Positions 47,301-60,267 are shown, counted from the stretch's first letter. The stretch: DNA of 64,000 nucleotides from Klebsormidium nitens (GCA_000708835.1 DF237289.1:35816-99815), one strand, 5' to 3'. Numbers and translations: made by a program. The notes: generated by a model not told the origin, from the sequence alone.

Positions 47301-50300
47301 AGTTGCCGGTCTGGGGCTTGGGGTTGACGGCAATCCCCTGGCCCCCGAAAGTGATCCGGTTGATGCGGAAGAGCTCTGTGGCGGGCAGCGGGGTGCCCTT
47401 GGCCAGGAAGACGAAGTGGAGGGAGACCACGCCGGAGCGCTGCGTCTCGCCGGAGCCCCACCTGCAGAGGGGACCGCGAGGGGATTGTTAGTCCTTGCCA
47501 GCCCAATCGTAAACTTCGCATGCTTGGCGCTCTTGAATAAGCAGGCGCCTCGACCGCTCCAGCACGAATCTCGAAAATCGCGTTGCACAGCAACATGTTC
47601 TTTTCGATATCATCGCAGAGGCAATGTCTAGGTCGAACTCCTCGCTTTCTTGTTGAGAACCCGCACTGACGGCTGCAAACTTAATGTCCAGCACTGACCG
47701 ACGGCTTCGATTCATACAGCCACGCAGCCTTGTCTCTTACTTGGAGGTGAGGTTGCCGTCGAAGGCCATGCTCTCAGTGAGCTGGGACCCGCTGGAGCTG
47801 GCGGAGGCGGCCCAGCCGGAACGGTCGAGGAGCGCGCCCTGCCCGTCGAGCGCGTACATCTCGTGGATGGACCACCACTGGTACTCGCTCGCGCCCGCCT
47901 GCACTCAGAAACGGTTCCCGTGAGTGGGGCTGGAAAACGACAGATCTACCGAGCTCGCTGCATGGCTCAAGGGTCCTTCTCTAGAAACGACAATCATGCC
48001 CTGTACAAATCCAATGATTGTCTCTAGTAAGAAAATCTGGAAAGACATACTTTACAATGCGAATGAAAGGAGCAACAGATCAAGTAGCCCGGAATTTAAA
48101 CCACGCCTTTAGTACATCGAAGTTGGGTCTTCACGAATGCTGATATACTAAGGCACACTTGCTCGCCCTTGGATTATGCTGCTTCTCACCTGCACAATCT
48201 TGATGAACCGGGTGGTCACAGGGGCGGGGAAGGTGATGGTAACAAGGGACGAGTCGCCCTTGCCCGACAGCACAGAGTCGGAGCCGAAATTCCTGCCGTC
48301 ATCCGACACAAAGATGATGTAGCTGCGAGGGTAGTCGCCGGGGGAGCCAGTCGAGTTGAGGAGGAGCTTGGAGACGGTGGTGGGGACGCCGAAGTCTAGG
48401 ATGAAGTACTGGTTGGTGTCGAACACGCCCACCGTGAAGTCCCTGCAGCCAAAAAGGCGGAACTGTTTTAGCTCTTGAAAAGTCTGGAAGAGGTTTACCT
48501 CGTTGCATATCTACAAACAAAATTCGATTCTGGAGAGGGCGAGTGAAGCGCTGGACAGTTGTTTTTCAGCAGCTTTGGAGTCAAGGCTTTCCTTGGCGAG
48601 TTGCACACAGTAGCCTATGGTAAAGGAGCAGAAACTTCAGACCTTCACAGCATGTGATGCAACTGACTGATGTAAAGAAGTCGGAATGAGGCTCTAATCA
48701 GCAAGACTTTCAGAAATCATCTCTATCAACACCATACCCCTTCTCTCAAGGCTCACAAATCCAGCACGCTCTGCCAGGTGCCCACCTGTAGGTGGACCAG
48801 TTGCCAGTGCCAGCGATGTCGCCGCGCGCGATGCGCCTGCCGGTTGGGGAGTTGACCCGGACTTCAAACGACCCAAGGGATTGCAGCGGGGTGGCCATGC
48901 CTGAGGAGGCTCGCACTGTGATGCTGTCAATGTTGTACAGGTTCCAGCCGTCGTAGCGCACGGAGGTCCCGTTGGTGATGCCAGCCAGGTCCTGGAAGGA
49001 AAAGAGGGACGACGTACATAAGTGGGTGAACGTTGTGTCAGGGTCAGACGTGGTGAAATCAAGGGAGTTCTCTGTTCTTGGAAAGCGTTTGGGAGGAGTG
49101 ATGCGCATAGAATCAGTGAAAAGCTAGAAGGTACTTGCATGCAAAGCCCTCCCACAAGATTGCAAAGAGAGCAGGAGGCCATTCATGTTGAGCTGGTGTG
49201 AAGCTGAAGATCAGAATCAAGGAGATGTACAGCTCTGTATGTTTGACTGAGACATTTCTCACCAGGCCTCCAGAGACGTCGAGAGTGGTCTGGTTCTTAA
49301 GGGTGGTGCCATTCAGAGCATCAGTGTTCTCTGCTTCCCACACTGAGGGGTTGAGCACGGCATAGCTGATGCTGTCAGTGGACGTGTCCTTGGCTGCGGA
49401 GGTGACATTGCTGGAACCCACCACCTGGAGCACAGTAACACAGTCACTACAACTGTGCTTCAGAAGTTGGTACCTGGTTTGCATGCTTAGAAAAGGAGAC
49501 TTTCCTGGACGATAAGAAGCAAAGTTACCACCTGCTTTTGGATGCCTCAAAACAGAATGCAGAAAACTGTTCTCTGGGTCTTTGGAACTTGCCTTGATGA
49601 CAAAGTTGTATCTGCCGCTGTTGAGAGGCGCAAGCGGCGTGTCCACAGTCCCATTGCAGGGGGAAAGAGTGGTCAGCCCGATGGACAGGTTGCTGCCGGC
49701 AGTTTCATAAGCAGAGATAGTGGCACCGCTGCAGGAAAGAAAGGAACCACAGGTAAAAAAGACAGCTTGTATGTAGTGCCAACCTTGGCTTTCAAGGGAT
49801 ACTCTATCAAGTTGTTCATCAGATTAGACTGTTTGGAAGGCGGTACTCACTTTCTCCGTCTTAAGAGGTGAAGAAGCCCTGAACGATTGTCATGTTCAGC
49901 GGAAGGAGAGTATCACGTCATAACTTGGAATTTGCAACCACTGTATAGAGAGTGAAGGCACACCTGCAGCTGGCTTGATCCACCCGGTAGTTGACAGTGT
50001 CTCCCCAGGTGAACACGGTTCCAGGGAGGGGCCAGGCCAGCAGTGATGCCAGGGGGTCAGTGGGAAGGCTGATGTTGACTGCAGCAACACTGCTCACCTG
50101 CAAATCCAATAAGAACATGCATCACTTGGTGGCAAGGGGAGGGGTCTAAAGAAAGACAAATGTCGATTGGGGGGGGAGCGAAGCAAAGAAGAACTCTACT
50201 GGCAATCAACTTGGAAAGGTTCCCCAGTTAGCCCTTTCCTGTTCAACGTGCTTCGACTTGCAAGTTGCAACATAGTCGACCGAGCAGCGCAGAGCAGAGC

Positions 50301-50613
50301 GTTTCAATAGGACCCATCTAATGCCACAGGTTATAAACACTTGTTGGAGGATTTCCACTTGGAGGGACTCACAGACAATAACATTTTGCAATTGAGGCTA
50401 TCCTCGCAAGAGGACTCTGCTTTCCCCAGCATTGCAGCTCACTCAAGCCACGCAATATAGAATGGTCACTGAAAGAATCAAACGAAGAAAGGAAAGGAGT
50501 CATCCTGAGCCACCGAAACCACAGTAAGCTGAGCTTACCAGCTGGAGCACCAACATCCAGCAGACAGTGCAGCTGGCAGGTCGCATTTTCCTTGTAATGT
50601 TGCTGGGCGCCAT
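44331..50613 (-). CDS. Secreted non-catalytic carbohydrate-binding protein: signal peptide, Ig-like region, CBM6 (with inserted F5/8C), repeat linker, malectin, CBM6-like domain
   Basis: The signal is MRPASCTVCWMLVLQLVSSVAA. Domain motifs are WEAENT...TGNWSTY (CBM6), YFILDFG...DYPRSY...SDDG...RFIKI...WWSIHE (F5/8C), INCGS...ADNYF...LYQKERYG...RVFDVFING...AKVSG (malectin) and LEAENYRAGGQG...EWLQYDV...FNYIDF. Exon phases are consistent, with one GC-AG intron. Confidence 0.88.
47038..47180 (-). repeat. 48-bp (16-aa) coding tandem repeat x3, AITMLPNGTANGT(M/T)AG
   Basis: The plus strand shows GCCGTTTGGCAGCA(T/C)GGTAATCGCACCAGCC(G/A)TGGTTCCGTTAGCCGT repeated. Confidence 0.9.
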
Positions 50614-52317
50614 TATGGAGCAGCTTCAGATTGCACAGGAACTTGAAACCCAGAGTCTTTGGTGGGCTGTGCAGCTAACGTAAGCCCGATAGCAAGCAAA
50701 CAATTGTACACCTACTAGGGAGCGCTGCTATCCCTCTGGCGAAAATGGATGAAGACGAAAATCTTGGAGCAGAATAGAGCAGGATAGAGAAAAGGGCCAG
50801 CAGGTTCTGCAATGGCTTCTGTCAAAGCACGCCGTGAAATAGGAACCCATTGACCACTCGACGCGATAAGTAGCAGAGGCTACCTAGGTACTCTAGAGTC
50901 TAGAGGCTAGCCGACAAGTCTCTGTCGCAGCTCAATGCTCTTGATCAGACTCAAGCTGTTTCAATGATGCTGTGGACTGCGGCGCCGGCGACTCGGTCGC
51001 AGACGGCGTTTGAAATTCGGTTGCCGATCTGCTGAGCTGGTTCCGTATCGTTCCCCCATCGAACGACCTACAACAGCCAACTGCAGAATCGGACGATAGT
51101 TCGGCCCTCCAACTGTACCTCGCGCTAAGTTGACAACGGGTAGATCAACCGCCGCGTCATCATTCAATTTCTTTGGTCGCCCTGCTTCTCTGGATAGCTC
51201 CCGGATGCTCTCGGGTCATCAGCCCACGCCCGGGGCAGTTGCCAGTGACGGTGAGAAATAAAACCGTCTGAAAGGGAGACCCATTTTAAGTCAGAAATGG
51301 AACCCGGCCGGCCGCTTCGGTGAAATGCCGGTCATGCCAAGCGAATGGTATCTACCCCGGTAGTACTTTCCCGGCCAAATCGACCGCCACGGTAACTGAG
51401 GGTTTGCTGCCGCCGCATAGGCGGCCGCGACTGCACACAGGCAAGCGCGGCCGCCGCACCCGACCAGCGCAGCGGCCGGCGCGTACGTACGTGGCCGCGG
51501 GCGCCCATGCAAGGGAGAAACCTTCTCAAAAACCTTCATCAGTTATGCAAGCTTAGTCGCACGCCCGCGGCGCGCCGCACGCGCGGCGGCCGTGCGTAGT
51601 AAGTAGTCAAACCATGTTGTGCTCCCGACTCTCCCGTCAGACTCGTATTCTTATGCACCTGCATCACTTCATCAACCCTTTTCAGGACGGCGCCAGGAAC
51701 CTGTTCTGACAATCCTTTAATTTGACAACCTGAGGGGGCAAGAGAGGGGCAAGGGGGACAATCTGAGACTCCAATGCTCTAGGAACCTGTATGGAGAAGA
51801 TGTGTTGTTGAGGCTTTCTGAGGCAACATGGCGCATCTGCAGGATTTCATTGACCTAGAAAGCTTGGGAGACTCAGCTGGTAAGTCATAAGCACTCTTTC
51901 AGAAGAAGCTCGAGTCCGAGTAGGACTGACAGTCTGTTTCAGCAAGACTCGACCATGAACAATATTTCTATTGAAAGATTTTAAGACGTAATGGCGAGGT
52001 GACTGTTGCACAAAAGACGGCACGATTTGAGGTGGCATCAGTCCTTCACAGCTCCACTTCTTTCAAGGCTTGTGCAGCCAAACTTGACACATGTAAGAAC
52101 TCATCAGAAGGCTCCCATTATATCTCCAGTCATGTCTCCGCTTGCATCCTAGCATTATTCAATATTGGAGCGGTGTTGCAGAGTCCCTGATTGCCACCTA
52201 CGTAACCAGAATCAAACCAATTTCAATCATGATCAACCCATCTCCATCAAACCACAGTGCTGATAATTCTTCACAGGACCTGTGCTACCATCGCTCACGT
52301 CCGGCAGAAAAACAGCT

Positions 52318-54988
52318 ATGAGCACTACAGCTCCCCTTCAACGCTTTTTGAAAGCGAGAAACAGTGCAGAGGAGGACGAGGACCTAGTCGAGCTTGATCC
52401 AGCACAGTTTCAAACGAAGGCAAGCAGATGACACGTCTCAAAGTGCATCAGAGGTTTGAGCTTCTTAGATTGCTTAGGCTGCTTATTGTATTGGCTGAAT
52501 GTGTCAGATTGAAGAGCTCCTTCCACAACTATTCTCACATTTGTAGAGTCATTAGACTCTTTCAGACTTTACTTATCGATAACCTCCGAGTAAGAGGTGG
52601 AGGAAATGTAAGAGACTCGAGTACAACAAGCTTCGTCATTGATGTTGTTATTCGGCGAAACGTTGTGCTTGGATTTTCTGGAGATCTGCTGTCACAAATG
52701 CTGACCAGCTTCCTGCTCTTCCCTTCTGCAGGTTGCCCGAGCCAACTCTTACCCCATCATTCTAGATGGCCCCGAGAGCCCCTGTGGCATCAGCACTAGC
52801 GTTGGCATCAAGATGTTCTCTTTGGGAGGCAGCGCTAGCAGCAAGCAGACTGCGGAGAGGAGAGGTCACACTCTGAAGCAGCAAGAGAAAGCAAGGAGAC
52901 CAGCCCTGACAACCATAGTCGACGATGCCAGCAGCTCGCAAACAGGATCAGCTGCCGCCGTCCTGTCCCCTCATGGCAATCAGCAACTGACAACTGGAAC
53001 CGGAGGAGAGCGCAAGAGACGCAATGAAGGTCGGCTTGACAAGGAACACGACACGGATGTCCAGATTCTCGGGAGCTCGGCACCCGTCTTCGATGGAACC
53101 CGGGGCCAGCCTGAACGGAAGAAAAAAACGGTCGAAAGCTCCGGCTTTGCTGCCGGCCAGACAAACCCTCTCCTGGCGACGAACGGCGGCCCGACTGTCT
53201 CGCGCTCCACAAGAGTCGCGGCCGCCGCGCGCATCGCACCAAACCCCACTGCGCCCGACTCTTCGGGCCGGAAGAACCACTCAAAGCCCCCGATACCTGC
53301 TGCCGCCGTAAGGAAGCCCCCCGGCAGACCAAGGAGAGTGCGCGCGCCTGCTGTGGCAAGGGCGGGGCTTGGTCTCCCGGCTACTGTCAGGAACGTCATG
53401 GCCGGAGTCCTGAGTTTGAGCCCGGGTGAGTCATTAGTTCTTTGCAGAGAGTCTCGAGTGTCTGCGAGCGAAAGCTCTCTTGGGCCCAATTCTAGTGCAA
53501 CGGCAGACGTCAAGGGTTGACGTTCAGAAATGTCTTGAGAATTTTCCGAACAGCGAATTACGGTTTCCTTAGGGTTCAGAGTTTTGTTTTCCAATCCACC
53601 CGCCTTCGAGCCTTCGGCCAGCCCACTTTCTACTCAAGTCAATGGCTCGCAAAGGTCAAGTGAAGTTCTGCAGTCGAAACTTATGTTTTGACTCAGCCTC
53701 TTCATTGATAATTCCCGAGAACGTCTCTTGTCGTGCATTTTCGGACAAGATCGGTCCCTTAGCTTGCAACGATCTTTGGTCCAGGTGTATTCCCCCCGGG
53801 CTTCACCTTTCCGGCCGCTCCAGCGTTCCCCTTTCCAATGGCTCCAGCCTTCCCCGGTGGCCCCCAGCCCGCCCCGCCCATCCGGACCGCCACGAAGGAC
53901 GCCTTTGCCGCTCTGATCGGGAGCAAGCTGGCCGTCCTCCAAGCGAGAGACGACGAGTACCAAGCGGTGGCCGCCCTGTTCAAACAGGGCGACCAGGTAG
54001 AACCCCCGTCTCCTGCCTTGCGCCAAAGAGTCTTCAAACGTGTTGCCACGTCGTCCACTGGGCTTTCGACAGATTTGACTGTGCTTACTAAGTCAAAGCT
54101 TGAGGAAGGCTCTGCAGAGAGGTGAAAAGTCTACGGAAGTCATGTCGCGCACGGTTGTGAATCTTTCATACATGCGTATTGTGCCGTCTTCCGAGTTTGA
54201 TACTCTCTTCCTTCCCATCATACGTCTCGGGGTCTCTTCTTAGGGACACGTGGTGGCAGTCCACAAGGTGCTGAACGGAGCCGCGCGCCTGGCCGCGTTC
54301 GAGGAGGAGGCGCGCGCGGTCGCGCGAGTGCGCCGGCAGGGCGCCAAGGTGCAGCAGTGCTGGCACGGCACCAGCCCCCAGGCTCTGCTGTCAATCCTGA
54401 AGACCGGCTTCACCGCGAGCAGAACCGTGAACGGAAAGTCTTTCGGAAATGGGCTCTACATGGCGCCGGGACAGCACGCTCGCACCAGCAGGTGAGACGA
54501 TCAGCAAAGTACTTCGATTCTGCAAGTTCCTTTGAAGAATCCCAGGCTCAACGGTCATGCTTAGGCACGTTGGTAGAGGCTATGTCCGATTTGACACACT
54601 TTCTCGAGGATGACACTCTCGTATGCAATTTCCCTATCGCCGTCATCAGACCTCCTGCTGATATTCTCGGAAATCAGTAACAGTCAATTAGCACTCGGAG
54701 ACGATCGCAGTCAAGGTTATACTCGCGTCCTGTTTTCCAACTGTTATCCCAGCTTTGTGTTTCTGTAGGGGTTACTGCCAGCCGGACGACTCTGGGGTCC
54801 TGCACATGTTCCTATTGAAGGTGATCCTGAGCAGTGTCGAGACGGGCCGCCCAGCGATGGACCTTCCCAGCAACCCGGAGAAGTACGACTCCGCTGCAGA
54901 CCGGCCAAGCAATCCAGCCATGTTTATCATGTGGACGCCGTTTCTTTACTCCAGAATTTTGCTGAAGTACGTTGTCAGCTTTTGCTAA
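52318..54988 (+). CDS. SRO/RCD1-like PARP-domain protein with a long disordered N-terminus and no RST domain; exons 52318-52419, 52732-53425, 53785-53996, 54244-54491, 54769-54988
   Basis: Motifs WHGTSPQALLSILKTGF, NGKSFGNGLYMAP, DDSGVLHMFLLKVIL, YDSAADRPSNPAMFIMW and ILLKYVVSF parallel the SRO PARP-like fold. The first intron is GC-AG. Confidence 0.82.
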
Positions 54989-55299
54989 GCACGCAGGCTA
55001 CCGCCTGCCATAGTGCTTTCGTTGAGACTGATCAGTTATATTACAGAGCGTCGAGGAGAGTCCTGGTGGGACTGCCCATTGCAAGTGCTTCCTGAACTAC
55101 TTACGCAGTATTCCAACCACAATATGGTCCAACGTGTTTCCGTAAGAAACTGTTCTGTAGGTTTCATCAATTTCTCACCCGGCTGGGGTTAGGCTGCATG
55201 CAAGGACTGGTCGAGCAATGAACTGATGCACAAAAGCTCAAACGACTTCTTAGTCTTCTGATATTTAGGTGGATACACATTACTAGGTGATGCCCTGGC

Positions 55300-55955
55300 T
55301 CGTGTCGGGTATATACAGCTTGCATGTATCTTGTGGAACATTTAAAACGGGGTACAAACGCAGATGTGCTGATTATATCTACGGTATGAATGCGATCGGA
55401 TTCTTGCGGCTGCAGCCAGTAGTCCTGTTGGTTGATCGTACGTGTAATGTTGACTTAAATCGCGGCATGTCGCAGTTTGCTTAGGAGGGGCTACTGGAGC
55501 ATTACCCAAGCATGCTGCCGCAGCCCCAGCGGATTCCGTTTAATCAAATGCATACCTATCAATGTTGTCGTACGCAATATACGCGGGCGATCTAGCTTGA
55601 ATACCATCTTGGCCGGTCGAAGTACCCCCACTCAGTACGTTATTGAACGTGCAGCGCTCAACTAATGCGATGATCGAGTGTGCAGAACATCTTCCGCCGC
55701 CCGGCCCACGATCCATGGCCCGCCGATGGACTTAAGGAGTTGCAGTCTAGGTGATTTTCCACCGCGGTGGATCGACTTACGCGCGCGCCGTCTGCAGCGG
55801 TGGATCGACTTACCGCCCGCGACGTGCTGGTTTTGACTGATCGCCATCCTCGTGTATGTACCGTACAGCATAAGCTGCTTCTATACCATGTATGCTGGCA
55901 TGATACGTACCCAGCTCCACAAGTGCATGCAAACGCAGTGCCTATATACTAGGCG
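55300..55955. mobile_element. Possible degenerate MITE/foldback element
   Basis: TATATACAGCTTGCATGTATCTTGTGGA (~55307) is an imperfect inverted match to TCCACAAGTGCATGCAAA...TATATA (~55916-55948). There is an internal 17-bp direct repeat GCGGTGGATCGACTTAC (~55763 and ~55797). Confidence 0.3.
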
Positions 55956-56289
55956 CATTATAATAAGTGTTTCTCCGAGTGGGGCAAAACATGCGCGCCA
56001 AACATCTTCTCATCATGTCGGACCACCTGATGGAATGATAGATATCCATTATCGCACATGCAAAATGCACCCGCCGGGTGTACGTGTAAGTAGCTTCCTT
56101 TAAGTCCGGGGGCCGGACTTGTGCCCGTCCTAGTTTGAAGCTTGACAGGCGTCTTGCTCTCTACTTTACACCCTCTAACTCGAAATAAACTGCATGAAGC
56201 AGACTGACATGCAGACTTATCTGTGTCGAGAGCAGATGCAAATTTTATCAGAGGGTTCAAAGAAGCCTGCACTATTCTCACTACCAACA

Positions 56290-59200
56290 TTACTTGCGTC
56301 GCAGTTGCGGCCCTTCGCTCTTTCGTTGTTGTCCTAGAGTGCTGCTCTCACGTCTAGCTAACATGAAGCTGGCATGCGCATGCAACCAGTTGTAGTCCAG
56401 CGACAATTACGATATGGTAAGCGCAACGGGTCGTCGACTATAGAAACTCTTCTCGCCAAAGCGAGCACGTTTTCTCTCTATCATTCTTGACGGCCATTCT
56501 AGAAGCCTTTGTAAAATACCTTCGTGTCACCTGCTAATGCGCGCTCGCCTTCGCATATCCAACGCATTCCAAATCTGTTCGATCCGGTTTTTGATAGAAC
56601 GGGCCTCCACGTCTCCGTTTTGCACGTTCGCAGCCAGAGCGTCCAAGAAGTTAGTGGCAGCTTCCACATCCTGCAGAAAGGGGAGAGGCCTCAGTCGGAC
56701 AGCTTTTTCGTACTCTCTCGCATGATCCCATGGGCGGCACATGCATCCTTCAGGTGCCTATAGAAACAAAGTGCTTTTGCAAGAGAGCACGCAGACGAAG
56801 GAGTTTCTTCGACCGAATTCCAAACTCCTGTCAACCACGTTCCACACCCTTCCAAAGTGAGGGTTTCCCCCAGACAAACTGGCAGTCCTCATATGCTAAC
56901 CGAGGGAACTCCGAACTCCATGGCCTCCAGGTGGCCGGTGTGCAAGTCGTCCAGTTCCGTTCGCAACACCACCAGCCGCTTGAACGCCGGCAGCAGCTCA
57001 TACTCGTTGCAGAGAGCGGTGCGTACCCTCTGAGGCATCACACTCTCGCGTTTAGCAATGATGACATCTAGAGTACCTGCGACGGGCGGGAAGGCGGCTG
57101 AATATGCAATCGCGTTGTTCAAAGGAAGCAGGGAGGCCTCGAAGAGTGCCGAAGGGGTTGACTGTTGTTGCGAATACCAAGGCAAAAGCTCGACAAAAGA
57201 AGTTTCCAGAAGGTCCAGGAAGGACCTTTGCGCTGCGCTACAATCTGATCAAGAAAGCCCTCAGCAAGATAGCAGAGCTAAGCGCACAAGAAGGACTATT
57301 CGGCTGCATAAATTCGACGGACAAACTCTACGAAAATGACGGGCTGAGCGCATTCCTCCGCCATGGTATGTGGTTTATTAACCATATTCAGACTGGCATG
57401 TCTTACCGTACTTCTTGAGCAGGTTGGACGCTGTTTTGGGCCCAATGCCGAACACCCCCGGGATGTTGTCGGCCTGGTCGCCCATCAGCGCTTGCATGTC
57501 TGCAAACTGGTCTACGCGCAAGCCCTCGAATTTGGCCTCGAACTCCTCCAAGCCAAAGGAGTCGATCCTGGGCATTCACAGAAAAGGTGCTTGTATCTGT
57601 TGCTGGTTCATGAAAAAGATGCTTATATATGTTGCTGGAATAGATGACCGTTTGAAGGTCAAGCTCAATCACTCACGCCTTCGGAGCTCTGCGAACCCAG
57701 AATTGGTATGAGGAGTGTGACAAAACCTTGTCCCTGCTCCTTTGAAGGTCAACGCAACGTGGTATCAGAAGAGGCAGCAAGCGCAATAGGTGCACCTCTG
57801 TATGACGAAGCATCTACCGCGACAAGCCCACAGTGAAATGACATCCACAAAAGATGACTCACTTGCAGGGCGTCGTCAAAACCGGGCAGTAGTGTAGTGA
57901 AGAAAACAAGGAAAAGCGCCGTTTGTAAGCGGGCATCACAAACTTACCCTATTCCTTTGGGCCGAGGCCGGAGAAGCCTCAGATTGGGCCCCAGGATCTG
58001 GAAGAAATCCTTGTCAGGGGACGCGACTCGCACTTCCATGCCGGCTTTCACACCCCTCATTGCGAGGCTTGCAATGACGTCATCTGCCTCAACGCCGTGT
58101 CTCTCAATGATGGTGAGGCCCAACCCGCGAACAGATGACTGCGGAAAGGAAGAAACGACTATAGAGTCACTTTGATATGAACATTCTCAAGTTCGGCTTT
58201 CTCAAACAAGAAGGTATGTCACGGCTAGCAAAAGTCGTCAGGACAGGCTGGGGTGGCAAAGAACCCCGACTACCACAGATCTTAGCACCTGGACGTTCTC
58301 TCCACTGCTGAGCCACATGGCTGAAAGTTGGATTGGAAGCAACAAGTCCATTGTAAGAAAGAGATCAAAAGAAAGGAAGACGCCGCTGGAAGCCGCCAGG
58401 CAATCTCGCGTCAAGAGCCAGGTTCTGCAAACAGCATTGAGAAGGTTTGCCTCCTTCAGAACGCACCTTTATTAAGCCCATGGAGTTTCTAAGCGTGTCG
58501 GGCATAGCCGCGCGGTGCTGCTTGTATTGGGGGAACAGCTCGTGGCGGAAGTTCTTGCCCCCCGCATCAAACACCACCCCAACGTGAGTAGGCACCAGGT
58601 TGAGCAGCGTCACCAGGTTGGACACGAACGTTAGTGTAGTAAGAATCTCCTCCGCCTCGGGGTACTCCTGGCTGGCGTGACGCGTCTCGTTCCACACTAG
58701 TTTCGCCTGGGAGGAGGGTGGGGGCCAGGCTAAGACCCTTCTAGCTTATATTTTGAAGCGACCCCAACAGCATTGGAACAGGAAGCAGGGAAAGGCATTC
58801 AAAAGCCAGTTGAATAAGCAAAAGGGAAAGCAAGGAGGCAGAATGACAGTTTCGTTAATCTGTATCAGGAAAAGGTCGTATGGATGGGAGAGAATTGTAC
58901 GTTTTTGGCTGCCCGCTCACCCCTATCTTGAAGTACGCTCGATATGCGACCGCCATGCCGTCCACCAGGAGCAGCCTGCCTTGCCGCGGCTGCAGCATGT
59001 CGTCCCACTCCTCATCAGGAGTCCAGGTACTCGAGTCAGCACGCGCAGGCGCCTGCTCTTTCAGGATAGGTTCTGGGCCTATGACCAGATTGCTGCCAGC
59101 CTGGTGAGGACTGGCACTGGCCCTCCATGTTCTTGCTAGGTGATGGAAGGTTTTGGCTGAGCTGCCAAAGCTTAGGGCAGTTCTGCATTCTGTAGTCTTG

Positions 59201-59487
59201 GGGTGGTGCGATACCCATAACCCCTGTGTAAGTACATGGCAGCATGACAACCTCTGGCCTTGTGAGAGCTCTCTCTGACAAACCCTGCCCGGAAATTGCA
59301 AAGCGGGCTTGCTTAATGGGTTACTCCTCAGGAACTCAGATTTTCTGTACAATGCTGCCTCATAAAAAGCTGCTGCCTGGATTCCCTGGCTTTGCATGAA
59401 GACTGCTCTTGACATGGTGTGAGCACCAGTGAGTACAAATTGACTGATTCTGCTTTGCTTCAATAGCCGAGAGACAGCCAGGTGCAT
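56290..59487 (-). CDS. Organellar 5'-3' exonuclease/flap endonuclease (Pol I N-terminal domain, OEX-type)
   Basis: Has a long transit peptide and the motifs [57 protein letters not shown] and H3[23 protein letters not shown]. The final small exon is inferred. Confidence 0.92.
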
Positions 59488-60267
59488 GCTCAATCAAAAT
59501 CTCTTTTGGCGTACGGCTTGCCAGATTTGATGTCAGTTTTCTTCGTGTCGCAATGGTTAAAGCAGGGCACCTTTACCATCAGGCAGCAAGACAGCCGATC
59601 TCACGTCAACCTTCCCCCTCCTGTAGTTTCTGAATCTTATGCTTCGTATGCTTCTTCTCGTCCTAGAGCGGCTGCATCCAGCACCTGCTCACACCTTTTG
59701 GAGTGCTCAGTCTAGTATGGATTCTGCTGCGTGTGGGGCGCTTGTGTGCAAGCTTGCTTGGAGGAGACCTAGCGCAGCTTACAGGGACCGGATCGACGGC
59801 TTTCGACGGGTCAAAAGAGACTTTGAAGGGTCACGATGCTTGGATAGTTGACATGTGCAATCCACGTGGCTAAGCGAAGAAGTTGAGCCTCGCGCGGGGG
59901 ACTCCCCAACTGCTTGAATCCATTCAGGGGGTCAAGCCGAATCATCAATTGTGGCCCCCTATCGAAGTTGTTGATCAGACTCGTTTCGAAAGGCTGGTTG
60001 ACCCTTGCAGACTCGTTGCCTGCCAAGTGACGTGCTGTGCGTCGTGTGCTTCACTTGCTTTCGCAGTTGTTCAGCAGTTGAGGCGCTCAGCGTGCGCTCG
60101 CTTGCTTTCAGCTGTAGCTGCGTTCAACGTTCAGCATTTAGCGTTCAGCGTTCAGCGTGCAGCATTTGCAATCTGCAACGTCCAGCATTCAGCGCTTGAC
60201 AGCAGCTTCCCTTGCTGTTCAGAGCTAGAGGCAGCCCTGTGTTCCCAGCATTTAGTTTGGGAGCATT

